A DNA stretch of 64,000 nt. It comes from Lophium mytilinum (Eukaryota). The notes below the pieces were generated by a model. The model worked only from the letters and a program-made list of their open reading frames with translations, was not told the origin of the DNA and ran no database searches. Below, piece after piece: positions 1-12,936 of the stretch (position 1 is the stretch's first letter; every line of letters starts with the position of its first letter). The position numbers were made by a program, and so were the translations under genes. The stretch lies in the NCBI GenBank assembly GCA_010093605.1, contig MU004196.1, forward strand, positions 1,200,606-1,264,605, read 5' to 3'.

Positions 1-558
1 GGTAGAAAGCCCAGTCGCTGGAATATTTGCCGCGAGCAGTCTGCTGAGATGTCTACCGGGAAACTCATCTGCTTGTTGGATGTATTTGAGAATTTCCGCC
101 TCTGCCCAGGCCTGCTCGACCATTGTCGTAGCACTGTGGACCTTGACTGCGCAGATTTGGGCCTTTAGGCTCCCTGGCAGTTTCTTCGTTGGCTGCTTTG
201 CGATGTTAGGATAGTCTTCAAGAGCATCGCGAGGGATGCAATAGAACACTTTTCCAAAGCTCCCAGAGCCGGCCGGCTTGATCGACAACAGTTCTTTTGG
301 AATAGCATTTTCCCAGCAAACGACGGTGTCCATAACGACAGAGAACTCCGTGGGTTGCGATTCAGTCTCAGAATCGGAATCGGACTTATCGCTCTTGTCA
401 CTATCTTCAGCTGGTATTTCGACCATATCTTCTGGATTGGGGACAGGCCATCCACTCCCCAATTGAAATTGTCGATGAGAAGGAGCTAAGATGTTCTGGT
501 GAGTCCCCAGCTTTTCAGCGTCGGATCCCCAGCGATCTTGGACATCGTTAACATCCAT
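1..558 (-). CDS. Protein kinase-like protein, N-terminal part (runs off the window edge)
   Basis: Read manually; absent from the ORF track because there is no stop. Open frame from ATG at 558 (MDVNDVQDRW...) contains the glycine loop AGSGSFGKVF, the catalytic Lys motif ICAVKVH and the alphaC Glu in AWAEAEILKYI. Confidence 0.75.
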   Translation of the reverse strand, partial: MDVNDVQDRWGSDAEKLGTHQNILAPSHRQFQLGSGWPVPNPEDMVEIPAEDSDKSDKSDSDSETESQPTEFSVVMDTVVCWENAIPKELLSIKPAGSGSFGKVFYCIPRDALEDYPNIAKQPTKKLPGSLKAQICAVKVHSATTMVEQAWAEAEILKYIQQADEFPGRHLSRLLAANIPATGLST

Positions 559-1052
559 GTCGATGGTTAGCTGGTTTCTGTTTATGATACCTTGGATATT
601 GTCAGCGTATGCCTGTGGTTGTGGCATTTAGTATGAGCTTCTTACCACTTACATAGATGGGGTCCGTAGCCCAGCCCAGCACAATGTTGACTGGTATGTT
701 CTGTAACAATGCGTTTGTGAAGTGAATTTTCATAGTAGCTGGAGCCAGCCACGAAAGAGACATTGTGTTAGAGCTGATGGTTTCGAATACGATCCGACTC
801 GGAAGGAAACAAGGGAAAATTGGTCTATCAGATAGTTCAAGAGGAGCAGCCGTATAATGAGAAAGATTTTGGATTTGACGAGCGAATGAGGAAGACTTGA
901 TCAAGATAACCGAGAGGCTGGGGCAAGTGACTACCGTGTGGGGAACAAGCTGTATAACACGCGTCTGTTTTGCATTACATCGAGTTTTAATCGAGTTTGT
1001 TACTATTTTAACAATGCAGCCGCAATAGGAAGACCCCCCTGAACCTATTAAG

Positions 1053-2574
1053 TTAATCGCTCCTCTGATACCTGCTCTTCTCCCGCAGCTTCGGACCATA
1101 TCTAAAGAACGCCCACGGAATCGGAGCCATTGCGAGAGCACAAAACCCCAGCACACTTGAGGCCCAGCCGACACCAATACCCTGGTACATCTGCAGTGTG
1201 AATAGCGGAAATGCTGCAGCGAGAGAATACCGCGTCAGTGAATTGGCGCCGTTCGCAGACGCTCCGTACAGCGGGCCGTACGTGTCCATCATATACATTC
1301 CGGCCGAGAGGTAGATATTGAGACTACCGATCATGACGAGACACTGGGCCGCAATTGGACTGATCCAGTGTATGCTTGAGCGAGCGGTCCAGGCGAACCA
1401 GAAGAGGCCAGTGGGGAGACAAACGCTTCCAAACATGGCGCTGCATAGTCGGTACTCGGGCATTGCCTTTTCAGAGTTGCTTGTAGGCTGTAGCAGGAAA
1501 CGAGAAAGACTTGATCCTTGCGCAAGCCTGTCTATGGCCATAGCGAACATCGGGGCAAGGAGACACCCAATAATGAGGCCGAGGAATGACAGGCTTTGTC
1601 CCGTGAGTGAAAAGTCGTACTGGGTGGAGTAGACCCATGGACTTGCAATTACGAAGACGTAGAGGAGACCAAACTGGAACCCCATGTACATGCACAGTAA
1701 AGTGACTATAGGTTCTGTGAGGAGCATGTGGACCGGCCGGACGAGAGTCGTGCGAATAAATTTTGGAATTTGGTCTAAGCAGGCATTCCAGGATCTAGAC
1801 GGCCGTGTTTCCTCTGCTGCCCTCGCTTTTCGTTGAAGGATGATCTTCTTATACGATTCTCGAGTGAGTGCGATTGGACTAAAGAGAGTGGTTGCGAAAA
1901 AAAGAGTGGTCCATTGGGTCCATCGCCAGCCTTTACTCTCAGCTACGAAACCACCCACTAAAGGACTGACACACTCTATCAGCTCAGATTTGCCGTAAAA
2001 TATGGAGAGTTCATACACACCCCATTGCAGATCCGAGCACAGGACTACTGTAATAAATGATCAGAGGCCTTGCCCTTTCAGAGGGTGCCCACATGTCGGC
2101 GACCGTAGCTGTCGCGATGCTGACCCCCGGACTAGCAAAGGCACCTGCAAAGAATCTACACACACATACGGCCGTGAAAGTATGACAGAATCCGGTAGCC
2201 AGGACGAATAGGCCAAATACAGGCAGCACGACGAGATACACCGCTCTGCGGCCAAACGTTTCGCTCAATGGCGATGCGATGGTAGGACCGAACGCCATGC
2301 CGAGGTTGTACAGAGACACTGGGAGAATAGAGATGATCTCCCCGATCCGAAACTCAGCGGCCGTTTCTTGCCTTCCAGGTGCGTAGATGGAGGAGGCTAG
2401 AGTGCAGACGAACCCGATGCCACTGACAGCCCCAGAAGTATAGATCTTCCTACTGATAGACCAATTTCGAGCATTCTCAGGGTCTCCATTCCACAGCTCT
2501 TCTTCCTCTTGGCCACGGCTTTCTTCTTCTATTGGCGCATGGGTTTGAAGTTCGATGTGCGCAGAATCTGTCAT
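1053..2574 (-). CDS. MFS drug:H+ antiporter (DHA1 family), one intron near 1966-2020
   Basis: Motifs DPENARNWS..RK, SPLSETFGRR, GWRWTQW, PEYRL and AAFPLFT.QMY. ORFs 2011..2574 and 1053..2018 join through a GT..CAG intron to give AMG-PLVGGF. Confidence 0.9.
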
Positions 2575-3440
2575 CGTTCCGGCTGGAAGCGTATTCGTGC
2601 AAGGCTGATGGAGCCTTGACCTGTCATGGTATGTATGCGTTCTAGTCTGACTGAAAAAATATGTACTCTTGAAGCTATGGATATTGGGAGTGCGCTTTTA
2701 ATGCCATTATTGAAAGATTTCAGGATCGAGTTTCCGCGGCACCATGTGGCCGGCTAGACGGCAAAAGCTAGTACTATGTAGGGCGTGCTAGGTGGACTCC
2801 CTCTGCGCTTCTAAACCCTTGAGGCAATAATCTCCGCATGAGGCATCTAGATTACTTATCATCAAATTTGGAGACGGATGTTGATTTGACATGCTAGGCA
2901 AGAAGAAAGGCAGAAGACAACGTGGAGAAGAGCTCAGATGAACCAATTATGGGGATGTTTTAGAAGGGTTTAGCACGAACAAGACCCAATCTATCTGAAT
3001 TGGGATGACAAGAATGGCGTAGGGCCGAGGAGCGCTTGAGCGTATAGGGTAAGTGCAACCGAGATATCTATCACAAGCAGCTTCTGAACTGTAAAACAGG
3101 TACTCTACAACAACACATCCAATAGGCTTCTAATTTGCAGTATATCGCACTTTACAATAAGTTTGCTAATGCTTTGACGGTACAGCTGGGACCGGAAGAC
3201 ACCCCAGGACCTACTAAAGAATTAATTGTCAAATAGGGCCGCCTTACAGCGCGACTCCGGAGTCGATCAGCCGTTACACTGCTCCCCAACGTCTCGGAAC
3301 AGCGTTTCCGCTTCATGGTTCGCCGTCTCCTCACAGCAACGACATAAATGCGCCAGGTAAGTACGCGTCAGAAGAACAACACCAAAACTTCAATCATCTA
3401 GAAAAAAAAACCCCTATTTCAAAAGTCTATATTCTGAATC

Positions 3441-4349
3441 ATGCGTGTTGTCGTCTTCGGAGCCTCAGGAGTGCAAGGTGCATCCCAAGTCCCCGTCCTC
3501 TCCCGCGCCGGCCACGATGTCGTCGCCGTCAGCCGCAGCCCCAACCCCCTAGAGATTGACGGGCGAAAAGTTGAGACGGCCGCTGCAGACTTCAACGACA
3601 AAGCTGCCATCAGCCGTGTTCTCGAAAGCGCAGAAATCATCTTTCTAAACCTCCCGAGCACCTCCTTCCACCCCTCAGAGCCTATCATCGCCGCCGCCCA
3701 GGCAATCGGCGAAGCTGCAAAAGCCAGCGGTGTCTGTTTGATCGTCTTCAACACCAGCATGCCAGTCGCAGAGGTGTCGCAGGGCATCAAGGCGCAAGAG
3801 GACCGGCGGGAGATGCGCCGCGTGCTGCGCGCGTCGGGCGTGCCGGTCATCAGCATTCAACCCGTCTGCTACATAGACAATCTCCTAGAGGGATGGGCTC
3901 TCCCGCCGATCCGCGACCGCAACACGTTGGTCTACTGCCACAAACCATCGCTGCAGGCGTGCTGGATCTGCCACCACGACGTCGCGCAGCTCATGCTCGC
4001 CGCTGCGTTGCGGCCAGATCTGGCCGGGCGGGACATCCCAGTGGGAGGGCCGGAGGTGGTGCGGCTGCAGGAGTTGGCAGGGAAGCTATCGAACGCGTGG
4101 GGTAGGAAGCTGGAGTATGAGAATCAGACTGTTGCGGACTTTTGCGAGAAGATTTCGAAGACGATGCAGGGACGAGGTCTGGAGACGGAACGCATTGTCA
4201 GTCAGATGTTCAAGGCGTATACGTACTATAATGAGTCCCCTGACCACCCTTTCGTCATTGATATGGCACCAGTTCTGAAGGAGCTTTCTGTTAAGCTCAC
4301 GCCGATTGAAGAGTGGGCGCGGACACATCCGGTGCCAGGTTGGACTTGA
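3441..4349 (+). CDS. NmrA-like / NAD(P)-binding Rossmann oxidoreductase
   Basis: Intronless 302 aa ORF starting MRVVVFGASGVQG, with WICHHDVA and GGPE motifs typical of atypical SDRs. Confidence 0.85.
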   Translation: MRVVVFGASGVQGASQVPVLSRAGHDVVAVSRSPNPLEIDGRKVETAAADFNDKAAISRVLESAEIIFLNLPSTSFHPSEPIIAAAQAIGEAAKASGVCLIVFNTSMPVAEVSQGIKAQEDRREMRRVLRASGVPVISIQPVCYIDNLLEGWALPPIRDRNTLVYCHKPSLQACWICHHDVAQLMLAAALRPDLAGRDIPVGGPEVVRLQELAGKLSNAWGRKLEYENQTVADFCEKISKTMQGRGLETERIVSQMFKAYTYYNESPDHPFVIDMAPVLKELSVKLTPIEEWARTHPVPGWT

Positions 4350-4559
4350 AAAGGGACGTACAGTGTCTAGACATGAATCTAAGATATCCAATAAGTGTCT
4401 GTTTTGCTTTACACCGTGGTTTACATTGAAGTTGTTACCATTTTAACAGTATAGCTGCAACCGGAAGACGCCCCTAGACCTACCAGGAAGTAAATCTACA
4501 ATGTCATAGACATATGGCTGTGAACTAGACGCCTATACACCACCATGCGAAATAACCCT

Positions 4560-7500
4560 TCACGCAAACACGTCCACACTGATACGTTCATTTCTCAGCC
4601 CCTTCAGCCAAGCCTCTGCCTCCTCCCTCGTAGCCTCCAGGCCCTCCTGGGCCTTGCTTTCTTTCATCAGTTGGAATGCGCCTCCTCGCACGCCCTCCAC
4701 CATACCCGGACTGCCGCATAGGAATACCTTAGCACCCTGGTCCCAGAGGTCCACCAAGTCCTCTTTGTCTTTAAGCATGCGGTCCTGGACGTATTTGCAA
4801 CCCTCCGACGCGTCTGATTCCCGAGAGAAGGCATACCTCAAATCCACCGCCCCGGCCTCCGCCCATTTATCGAACTCCTCGCCATACAGTCGGTCTGCAG
4901 TGCGAGAACGGCAGCCAACAAAAAGCAGCGCAGGCGCAAGTTGGCGACCAGTCGACAGGAGGCTGGCGCGCTCCTGCACGAAGCCTCGAAACGGGGCCAG
5001 GCCTGTGCCGGCAGCGAACATAATGAGCGGCGTGTCCGTGTCCGAGGGTAAATGGAAGCTCTTGTTGCTTTTGCGCACGCTGACTTGGATCTGGTCGCCT
5101 TTGCGTAGGCTGCTTAGGTAGCTGCCGGCGACGCCGACGAAGCGGCCTTGGCCGGAGAGGGAGTCTGCGTCGATCACGCCGTACGTGATGATGCATGTGC
5201 TTGGGTTGCACAGCGGGGAGGACGATATGGAGTAGTGGCGGAGACGCATGGGTGGCAGCATGGCTAGAAACTCGGCGAATGGCAGGTTTATACTTGGGTA
5301 TTGATCCAGTAGGTCCAGAACGCTGACGCGTTGGTCGATGATTGTGTGGTATTCCGAACCTGAAAGGGAGGAGAGCGTTGATTTGGTGCCTTCTTGGTTT
5401 GTATAGTTCATGCACGCTTCGATATTCTAAGTTTAAGAGTTAGCGTAAGTACTTCGTATAATGGTCGAGCAGCCATCAAGATTACCTTCCTCGTCGCAGG
5501 CATCGAGAGCTCTACAAAGCCCTCCAAAAGCTTGAATGCGGACATTGGGGTGTTCTCCGGTAGATTCACTGGTCCCCCTGATTTAACAGTAACGGTGGCA
5601 TCCCATGGCAGGGCATATCGCGCGAGGACTCGCTTCACGCTCTCATCTGGATTTAAAGGTAGGACAGCGAGGTAGTCCCCGGCTTCGTACTCAGTCCCCT
5701 TTGGTAATTCAACCTCAAGATGTCGCTTTTCTGGCTCGCTTGGGGACGTCAAGATCTTTGCAGACACCACCGTGCCTTGTTGCACGTTTTGCTGGAGCTG
5801 CGAAGAGCGCATGTTTGTCGAGATCTCCATCTCTACTTTCGGTTCTGGTGGTGCGGCATCTCCGTTGCTGACAATGCTTCCGAAGGTTGAAAGCAGGGAG
5901 GGCCAGAATGTGTGGTCCGCCCAAGCATCAAAATCACTGAATATGTCGCCTTGCGCAGCATTCGCGCAGCCACGGTCGGCATATTTGGTGCCCCCATGGC
6001 TCTCCAGAAGAGACTCGATGAGCGTCGGTATTCTCTGGTAGGTTGCAGTCCAATCACCTAACTCAAGTCAGATCGTGGGACAGGAATGGATAAGAAATAT
6101 CATACTATGCCCGCATCCAAATACTGCAAAGTCAACACCGTCGAATTTCTTATCACCCGTCACCGATTGGAGCCACGCAAAGAAGTACGCGGCGTTATCT
6201 GTCGGCTCTCCTTCGTATGAAGCTGTAAGAATAACCACAGGCTGGTCTTTGGGTAGCCTGTCCACGGCAGAGTCCAGATCTGCAACGGTGGCTTCGTATC
6301 CGTGCTGGCGAGCGTCCGAGGTCAACCTTTGAGCCAGTGCTTGGCATGTTCCAGTGTTGGACCCATATAGAATGGTTAACTTCCTACCGGCCTGCTTTGG
6401 CTCTTTATTTTCAAGCGCTTCCGGTGAGTCTCTAGCTTTCGTCTCGTCCGAGGGGGCTGATAACGACTGCTGAAGACTCGTAGGCGTGATCCCCGGTCGA
6501 AGTGTTGCTCTCATGTAGAAGTCTTTCGGCTTGATAGTCAGGGTTGACTTGATCTGCAACTCATAACTAGGGTCGTCCATTGTGATGTTAAATTTTTGCA
6601 GCAAGATGGCCACGACGAGCAAAGCTTCTTGCCATGCAAAAGGCCTGCCTATGCATCCTCGCAGTCCGGTTCCAAATGGCTTCAAAGGCTCAGTAACATT
6701 TCAAAAAGGTGATTTGATTGAAACATACCTTCCAAGCGGATTTGGGTAGCTTCTCAAATGCTTCGTCCAACATTCTCTCAGGACGGAAATCATTGGCATC
6801 TTCTCCGTAAACTTTTGGATCTTTCTGGATCTTGCTGAGTAGGCAGAGCACCGAAGCATCCTTATCCAAGACGTAGTCTCCTTTTCCAATTGTGACTGGG
6901 TGTTCTTTATTCTCGTCTCGCGGGCGCCGTGTAAACCCTGGAGCGGTAGGAGTAAGTCGCAAGGTCTCTCGTAATACCGCGTTGATGTAGTGCAAGTCTT
7001 TGAGATGGTCTACGGTTATTCTTCCTTTGCCAATCACTCTATCGACTTCTTGTTGAGCTTTGAAATAGGTGTCGGGATTCTTGAGTAGGTTGTAGAATGC
7101 GAACGACAATAGGCCAGATGTAGTTTCATGCCCTTTGATTAAAGTGTCAGCGAGTTTCCTGTCTAACCACTGCCTCGCCACCAATCTGTGCTGAAATCAT
7201 CTTACCTGCGATCAGAAATGTAACCATGTTCGCTGCGATCAGCTCATCCCTCATGCCCTCACCCGTTTTGGGGTCTTTCCCAAATATCATAGTATTGAGC
7301 AAGTCCTTCTTCGAAGTCGGATTCTGCCGCCTATGTTGAACCATCTCGACTGCCAGTCCCGTTTGAAATTCAGTGTCTTTGCGCATTTGTTCGTTCGCAG
7401 AGAACATAAACATCTGAACTATGTTTGGGGTGCGCGTTCGAGCTTGACCAGCCGCCAGGGTCCGTGACATTGCCTCCACGAAGGGATGGGTTCCGTCGGT

Positions 7501-8105
7501 GTAGAAGCTGTTGAAGCGGAAGTCCATAGCGCATAGTGCAATTGTATCCAGCGTCAACCTGGTGAAGTCATCCGTCACTGGAATTTTGTACTCAGGCCCT
7601 AGCCGAGCGAACTTCAGTACAAGCTGTTCGGCAATATCGAGCATCTCTGTCTCAAGTTAGCATGCGGTACCGCGATTTAGATCCTCAGACGCACCATCGA
7701 ACATGCTTAGGACAGAGAGAGGGCCAAAGGCGGGCATGAGAATCCTATGGGCTTGGGTCCAGTCTGGGTGTTTTTCCTGTAGAATAGAGCGATTAGCCCA
7801 AAGAGAGAAAACCAGTGATCGTCAAGAATTACATCGGGGGCAGTGAACAGTCCTTTGGGGCCGCCCGAGCCCAGGGCGGCAAGTCCTCCTCCGGTTGCTT
7901 TGCAGAACCTTGTTTCATCGCAGAGTTCCTCGAACAACTCATGGTTTGCGACGATGATCCGCTCTCGGCCAAGGGTACAGAGCTTGAAGATCGGGCCATA
8001 CTGGTCTGCGAGTCTTTCTAAGGCACGCGTTGGTACCTCATCGTTAAGATCAAACAGATTGCCAACGAAAGGCAGTCCCTTGGGAGAGGGTATCGGTTTG
8101 GCCAT
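4560..8105 (-). CDS. CYP505: Bifunctional cytochrome P450/NADPH-P450 reductase (CYP505, P450foxy-like), multi-exon
   Basis: P450 motifs: FLIA|GHETT, ETLR, heme motif PFGTGLRGCIG. Reductase motifs: FMN LYGSNTGTC, FAD RHYSISS, NADPH AGTGLAPFRGF, YVQDR, C-terminal DVFA. Exons are separated by short GT..AG introns. Confidence 0.95.
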
Positions 8106-8755
8106 GGTAGGGCCTTATCGGCTACTACCAGGAGACAAAAAATAGAGAAAGGGAGAGCAGCGCTGAGATATTTAGAAGCAAATCCAGAAATATAAAATTG
8201 GAAAGAATAAAAGACTGGGAGATTGGGAGAAAGGAGGAAGGGAAGAATGCTGGGGACAACGCAGCCAAGCTCGGGAACTGAGCATCTCGATCCTTAAATG
8301 CATACGCTCTCGCCTGATACGCAAAGCCATGATGTGTATATCGAACGTCGCTCTCTTCGCCAAATGCGGCCATCATTGCGATGTGATTACCTGGCGCGTC
8401 GCCCCCGGAGGCCGGAAAACCCCAGCACTAGGTATTACTGCGGGGGGTTTCAGCCACTCAGCCCTACGAACTGGTTGCCGCATCCATCAACCATGCGCCA
8501 CCAGGCGAAGTTCGTCAAGGCATTGAGTTCAGCTTCAGCAGCTCGCGGAGTAGAGAGCGAAGGGCACAGCCACGTCGACTTCGCGGCGGCTCACAAGAGT
8601 GGGGTTTGGAAAGCGACGCTTGACGCGTGCATGGCGTGCTGACTTAGAAATACAGTCGGCAGCTCATCATCTCCTACATAGAACAACCTCTCCATCACCA
8701 TAAGTATAGCCGTTGCTCCTCATTACAGCATCCTCATTTTGGAGACATCGGAGCG

Positions 8756-10870
8756 ATGTCGTATCGTGGACGCCCCAGCAAAGGATGCCAGATGTGCAGG
8801 TTAGGCCCCCGCTCTCTTACCCACTTCTTCTCTCACACTAGCTGATATCTACCCAGATCCCGCAAAGTGAAAGTAAGTCCGTGCCAAGCCGACGTGCATG
8901 TTCTCCACTCTCCATCGACTTCGTGCATGCCCCGTTGTGGAAAGCCTCTCGATTCTCGCGTACGCGTCGATCAAGGAAATCCATCTCGCGCAACTTCTAA
9001 TATCTCCCTTGTGCCTGCGCGATGCTGACAAGAGCAGTGTGATGAGGCCAAGCCAAGCTGTTCGAGATGCGAGAAGACTGGGCACGAGTGCCTGTATAGA
9101 GACCAGTCCGACCTTCTCTTCCGGAACCAAACAGCCATTGCCGCCCAGAAGGCTGAAGATGGCTGGCGCAAGCGGGCGACCAAGTCCGGCACTCGCAGCT
9201 CCAAATCAAGCGAATCGCCACCAGCAGCAGTCGACCCAATCTCGAGTTTGACATCAGTGGCCGAGCATCTCAGTCTCACCAGACAACCGAGCAACGATCT
9301 CCAAGATCTCGCGTACTCCCGTTGGATCTATGATTTTGTAGTCCCGAACTCCAGCACCGATCCAGGCATTATCGCAGATGGCGTCTTAGACTTTCTACCT
9401 ATGTACGAGAACGCAGCTCCAGATTCGTGTCTAAGAGCTGCGACGCTGGCTACTTGCTACGCGAACTTTGATGGCCGCTTCAAGTCTGCGGAAGCTAAAC
9501 TGCGGTCCTCCGAGTACTGTGGGAAAGCTCTCAAGCTCATGCAAGCCGCAATCAAAGACCCAGTCGAATCCAAGTCGGATGGAACGCTTCTCACTGTCTA
9601 TCTGCTTGGCATATGGGAGGTAAGGTCTCTTTCGTTATCTCAATAGCAAATCATAGATCTAAAATAGCAAGAATCGGATACTGACGTATTGAGTTGCAGA
9701 ATCTTACAGCTGATACATACAATGGCCACTGGTTGGTTCACAAAAGCGGTGCAGTAGCTATCTTGAGATTCCGGAGCCCTGAAGAATACCATACTCCCGT
9801 TGCCTCGCGGCTTTTCGACCTAGGTGAGCCCTGATTTCAATATGACCATTGTCTTCGAACGCAGACTGAATTGGACACAGTTTATGCACAGATGGTCAGT
9901 GGAATCATGACTCTGTTGAGATCTATCATCGTTGTCTCTGCTCGCAAACTGACTCTGTTCGATCTAGCTGATGGGTAATCTCAACACCTGTGAAGAGCCG
10001 CCAGACGGGATAGACCATTGGGCAGACTCAGTACACACCTTCAAGATGCGTACCACGGGGATAACTCACTCAACAGTCCGACTATCCAAAGTCATCCACT
10101 CAGTCGTCTCAATCTGGTCCAAGTGGCGTAGACACGTCGCCGGCACCATCAGCGACCCGATTGACCCGATGAAGCTTTTAATGGAGGCGAACGAACTCGA
10201 CATCGCGTTTCAGACCTGGGAAGAGGAGAATCTGCCCGACAACTGGAAATTCCAAGTCCTCGAAAACAGGGCCTCGATATGGGGAGCATACGACACGAAG
10301 TGGGTGGACATGCTTCTAAAAAGTGAAGGGGCCCCGAAAGAAGTCCACGTATATGATTCTATCAAGATAATGTATTTGCCTCCAGCATGATAGCTTTTCA
10401 TATCCGCTGACACGTGAACTAGCTTTGGATGGAACCTCTACCGCACCGCGAGGCTCTTCCTCAACATAGCCATGCATGGAATGATGGGCATGCTAATGCT
10501 CTACTCGCCGCCAGGCAACTCTTCACCCATCGACCCAGTCCTTCTAGACCGGAGCCACATCGAATGCCAGATGTCGAGAATGGTGGAAGACATCTGCGCG
10601 TCCGTCCTGTCTCAATTCACGGTAATTATCAGAACAAAAGAGGACTCCAGCTCCGCGTCCAATGTCTGTGGGCTTCGAGGATACTACCTCCTCTGGCCGC
10701 TTGCCGTCACATCTCAGGTTTTAATGTCGGAGGCGATAGTGGGTATAGACGACAAGCGACTGGGCTGGATCCAGAACGTGTTGATATATCTAAAGAATGA
10801 CTTGGGAATCGCGAAAGCAGCAGCCGCCGTGAAGGCGATAAGCCGGTATTCAGAACGTGGTCCTCAATGA
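8756..10870 (+). CDS. Zn(II)2Cys6 fungal transcription factor, multi-exon
   Basis: Spliced N-terminus MSYRGRPSKGCQMCR|SRKVK|CDEAKPSCSRCEKTGHECLYRD. Downstream exons carry LLGIWE and GYYLLWPL...WIQNVL..L...LGI. Confidence 0.88.
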
Positions 10871-10876
10871 CGTCGT

Positions 10877-11290
10877 GGATTCCATGACAGGTTCAGGGGG
10901 GTCTTCCTATTGCTGCTGTATTGTCAAAACAGTAACAAACTCGATGTAAAACACGATGTAATGCAAAACAGACGCGTGTTACACATCCTATTGCAAGGTA
11001 CCTAATCTTTATCCTCATAATCTTGACATCGTAGATTTCAATTCTATGACAGGTCCCAGGGGTGCCTTCCAGTTGCAGCTATACTATCGAAACAGTAACA
11101 AACTCAAATGTAAAATGCGGTTCGATGCAGAACAGACACTTAACTTACATCTTTTCGCAGGGTACCTGGTTTACGCCCCCACAATCTTGACAGTGTAGAA
11201 TTCAATTCCATGGTACGCCCAGGGGTGTCTTCGTATTGCGGCCGTATTGTCGAAACTATACATCAACCGTGCTAATTTGAGGCCCACTGC
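10877..11290. repeat. Degenerate tandem repeat family A, about 163 bp unit, about 2.5 units
   Basis: Recurring block ttc(c/t)atg..aggggg.tcttcctattgc..tattgtc(a/g)aaac at about 10880, 11042 and 11206; ggtacct...aatcttgaca...tagatttcaattc also recurs. Confidence 0.8.
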
Positions 11291-11563
11291 GAATCAAATC
11301 CATGTTCACGGCTCGCATATCACCACTATGAGAATATTGGGAAGTATAGACTAGGTATTGTAATGACGAGATCTAAGGATGATTTCCCCATAAGGGCCTG
11401 TACCCAGATTGAACAATAAAGAAAAGTACCGCGCCGCGCAGAGAACCCCAGAGTTCCAGATACCATCCCGCGCAGGCAATGTGACAACAAAAATTGACTT
11501 CGGCAGAACGATGTGGAGCCGAGAGCTCGGGTATCTTCTCATTCTGCACTTTCTCCCTCAAGC

Positions 11564-12936
11564 CTAAACCTCCTGGATACGTCCAACCATGGCCGGCTCT
11601 TTTGATTCTTCCTCTGACGATGAACCCACTGACTTGTCGCTGTTCTCCGAATTGAACGAGTCCACAGTGGCAGATGCTCGCCTGTCGTACCGGGTATCCC
11701 ACACCTTAAGCGTCCCGCTCTTCGGGAGAGCGATCTGAGGAGTCGGCTTCGTCCTGAAGGGGAATACGGCAATGACCTTGTATCGGAACCAAACACCTGA
11801 AACAATATCCCAAACGTTGAAGACGTCTTTAAGGGCGTGCCATGTGCTATACCGCTTGTGGTATTGCTGCTTGGTGTGGCCAGGAAGGTACGGCTTCGGG
11901 CTGAAGGGCCACACGAATCCGATGGAAAAGATGAGCATCTCGCAGCAGGTCATGAACGCCGGAGTTCCGGTCTGCAAGTCGCGGAAGCTGGCCGTCTTGG
12001 ATGGCTTTAGGGTTCCAGCTGATGAAAAGGCGGAGAATAGTGCGTTCTGGATGAGCGTGACGGCAATGACGCACTTGAAGACGAGGAGCTTGGTCATGGC
12101 GCCGTGCGGCTTGAGGGTCGGCCTCAAACGGTGGTAAAAGGTGAGGACAGCGAACAGTCCGATAATGGTGGATGCAGATTGGACAGACACGACGGCGAGC
12201 TTGGGGTTCTTTTGATTGAGGGGGCAGATAACGCCCTGGATGACCTCCGATGCTGTGGTGGTGATGATTCGAACGGGGAGAAGCTGGAAGACGCAGAGCC
12301 AGATCACCTAGTAGCTAACTGTTAGGCTTTGGCGATGGAGAATGCGATGTTGATCACTTACGTAGAACCACTTCAAACTCCCATTGTCATGTTTCTTCTG
12401 TCCCTTCTTCCACCTTGACTGGCGTTCCAGAGAGTGGAAGAACTCTAGCCGGGTTTCCTCGTGAGGGGCGACATAAGCAAGGAAGAGTAGGAAGATGGAG
12501 CAGAGTGCAAAACATTCGTAAAGTTGCGCGATTGGTTCCAAAAACCCGGCCTGGTCATAGTCTCGGGCAGACCAGAAGTTGAAGATGGCGTAAATTGGCG
12601 TAGTAATAATGATACGAATCATCCTATGTCTGTGAGTTTCCTACTTTAGAAAAGATAGGCTTAATGCTACGTACTGCTTTTGCTCCCCAGGATTGACATA
12701 GTTGGTCAGATGAAAGTATGCATGACTTAAAGAAATAGCAAGCGTTATGAGCGCGCATACACCAGAAACGATGGTGATGATCTTGTGGTAGGTAAAGTCC
12801 CCACTGATTGGCTCAGCATAGCCTTCAAAAGAGTTAGCACATAAATTGGAGGTATGAGTAGGACTTACTTACTTAGGAAATAAGGCAATGTGCATGTCTC
12901 TTCAGCTTTCTTGTAAGCCTGGAGGAGGGCCTGCAT
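11564..12936 (-). CDS. Organic solute transporter alpha / TMEM184-family membrane protein, 4 exons
   Basis: HLTNYVNPGEQK|MIRIIITTPIYAI, YECFAL..F.LF, KLLVFKCVI, CCEMLIF and FSPKPY motifs; canonical introns. Confidence 0.85.

Noticed and set aside
602..1177. 191 aa minus-strand ORF
   Set aside because: Overlaps the MFS 3' end in another frame and has no recognisable features.
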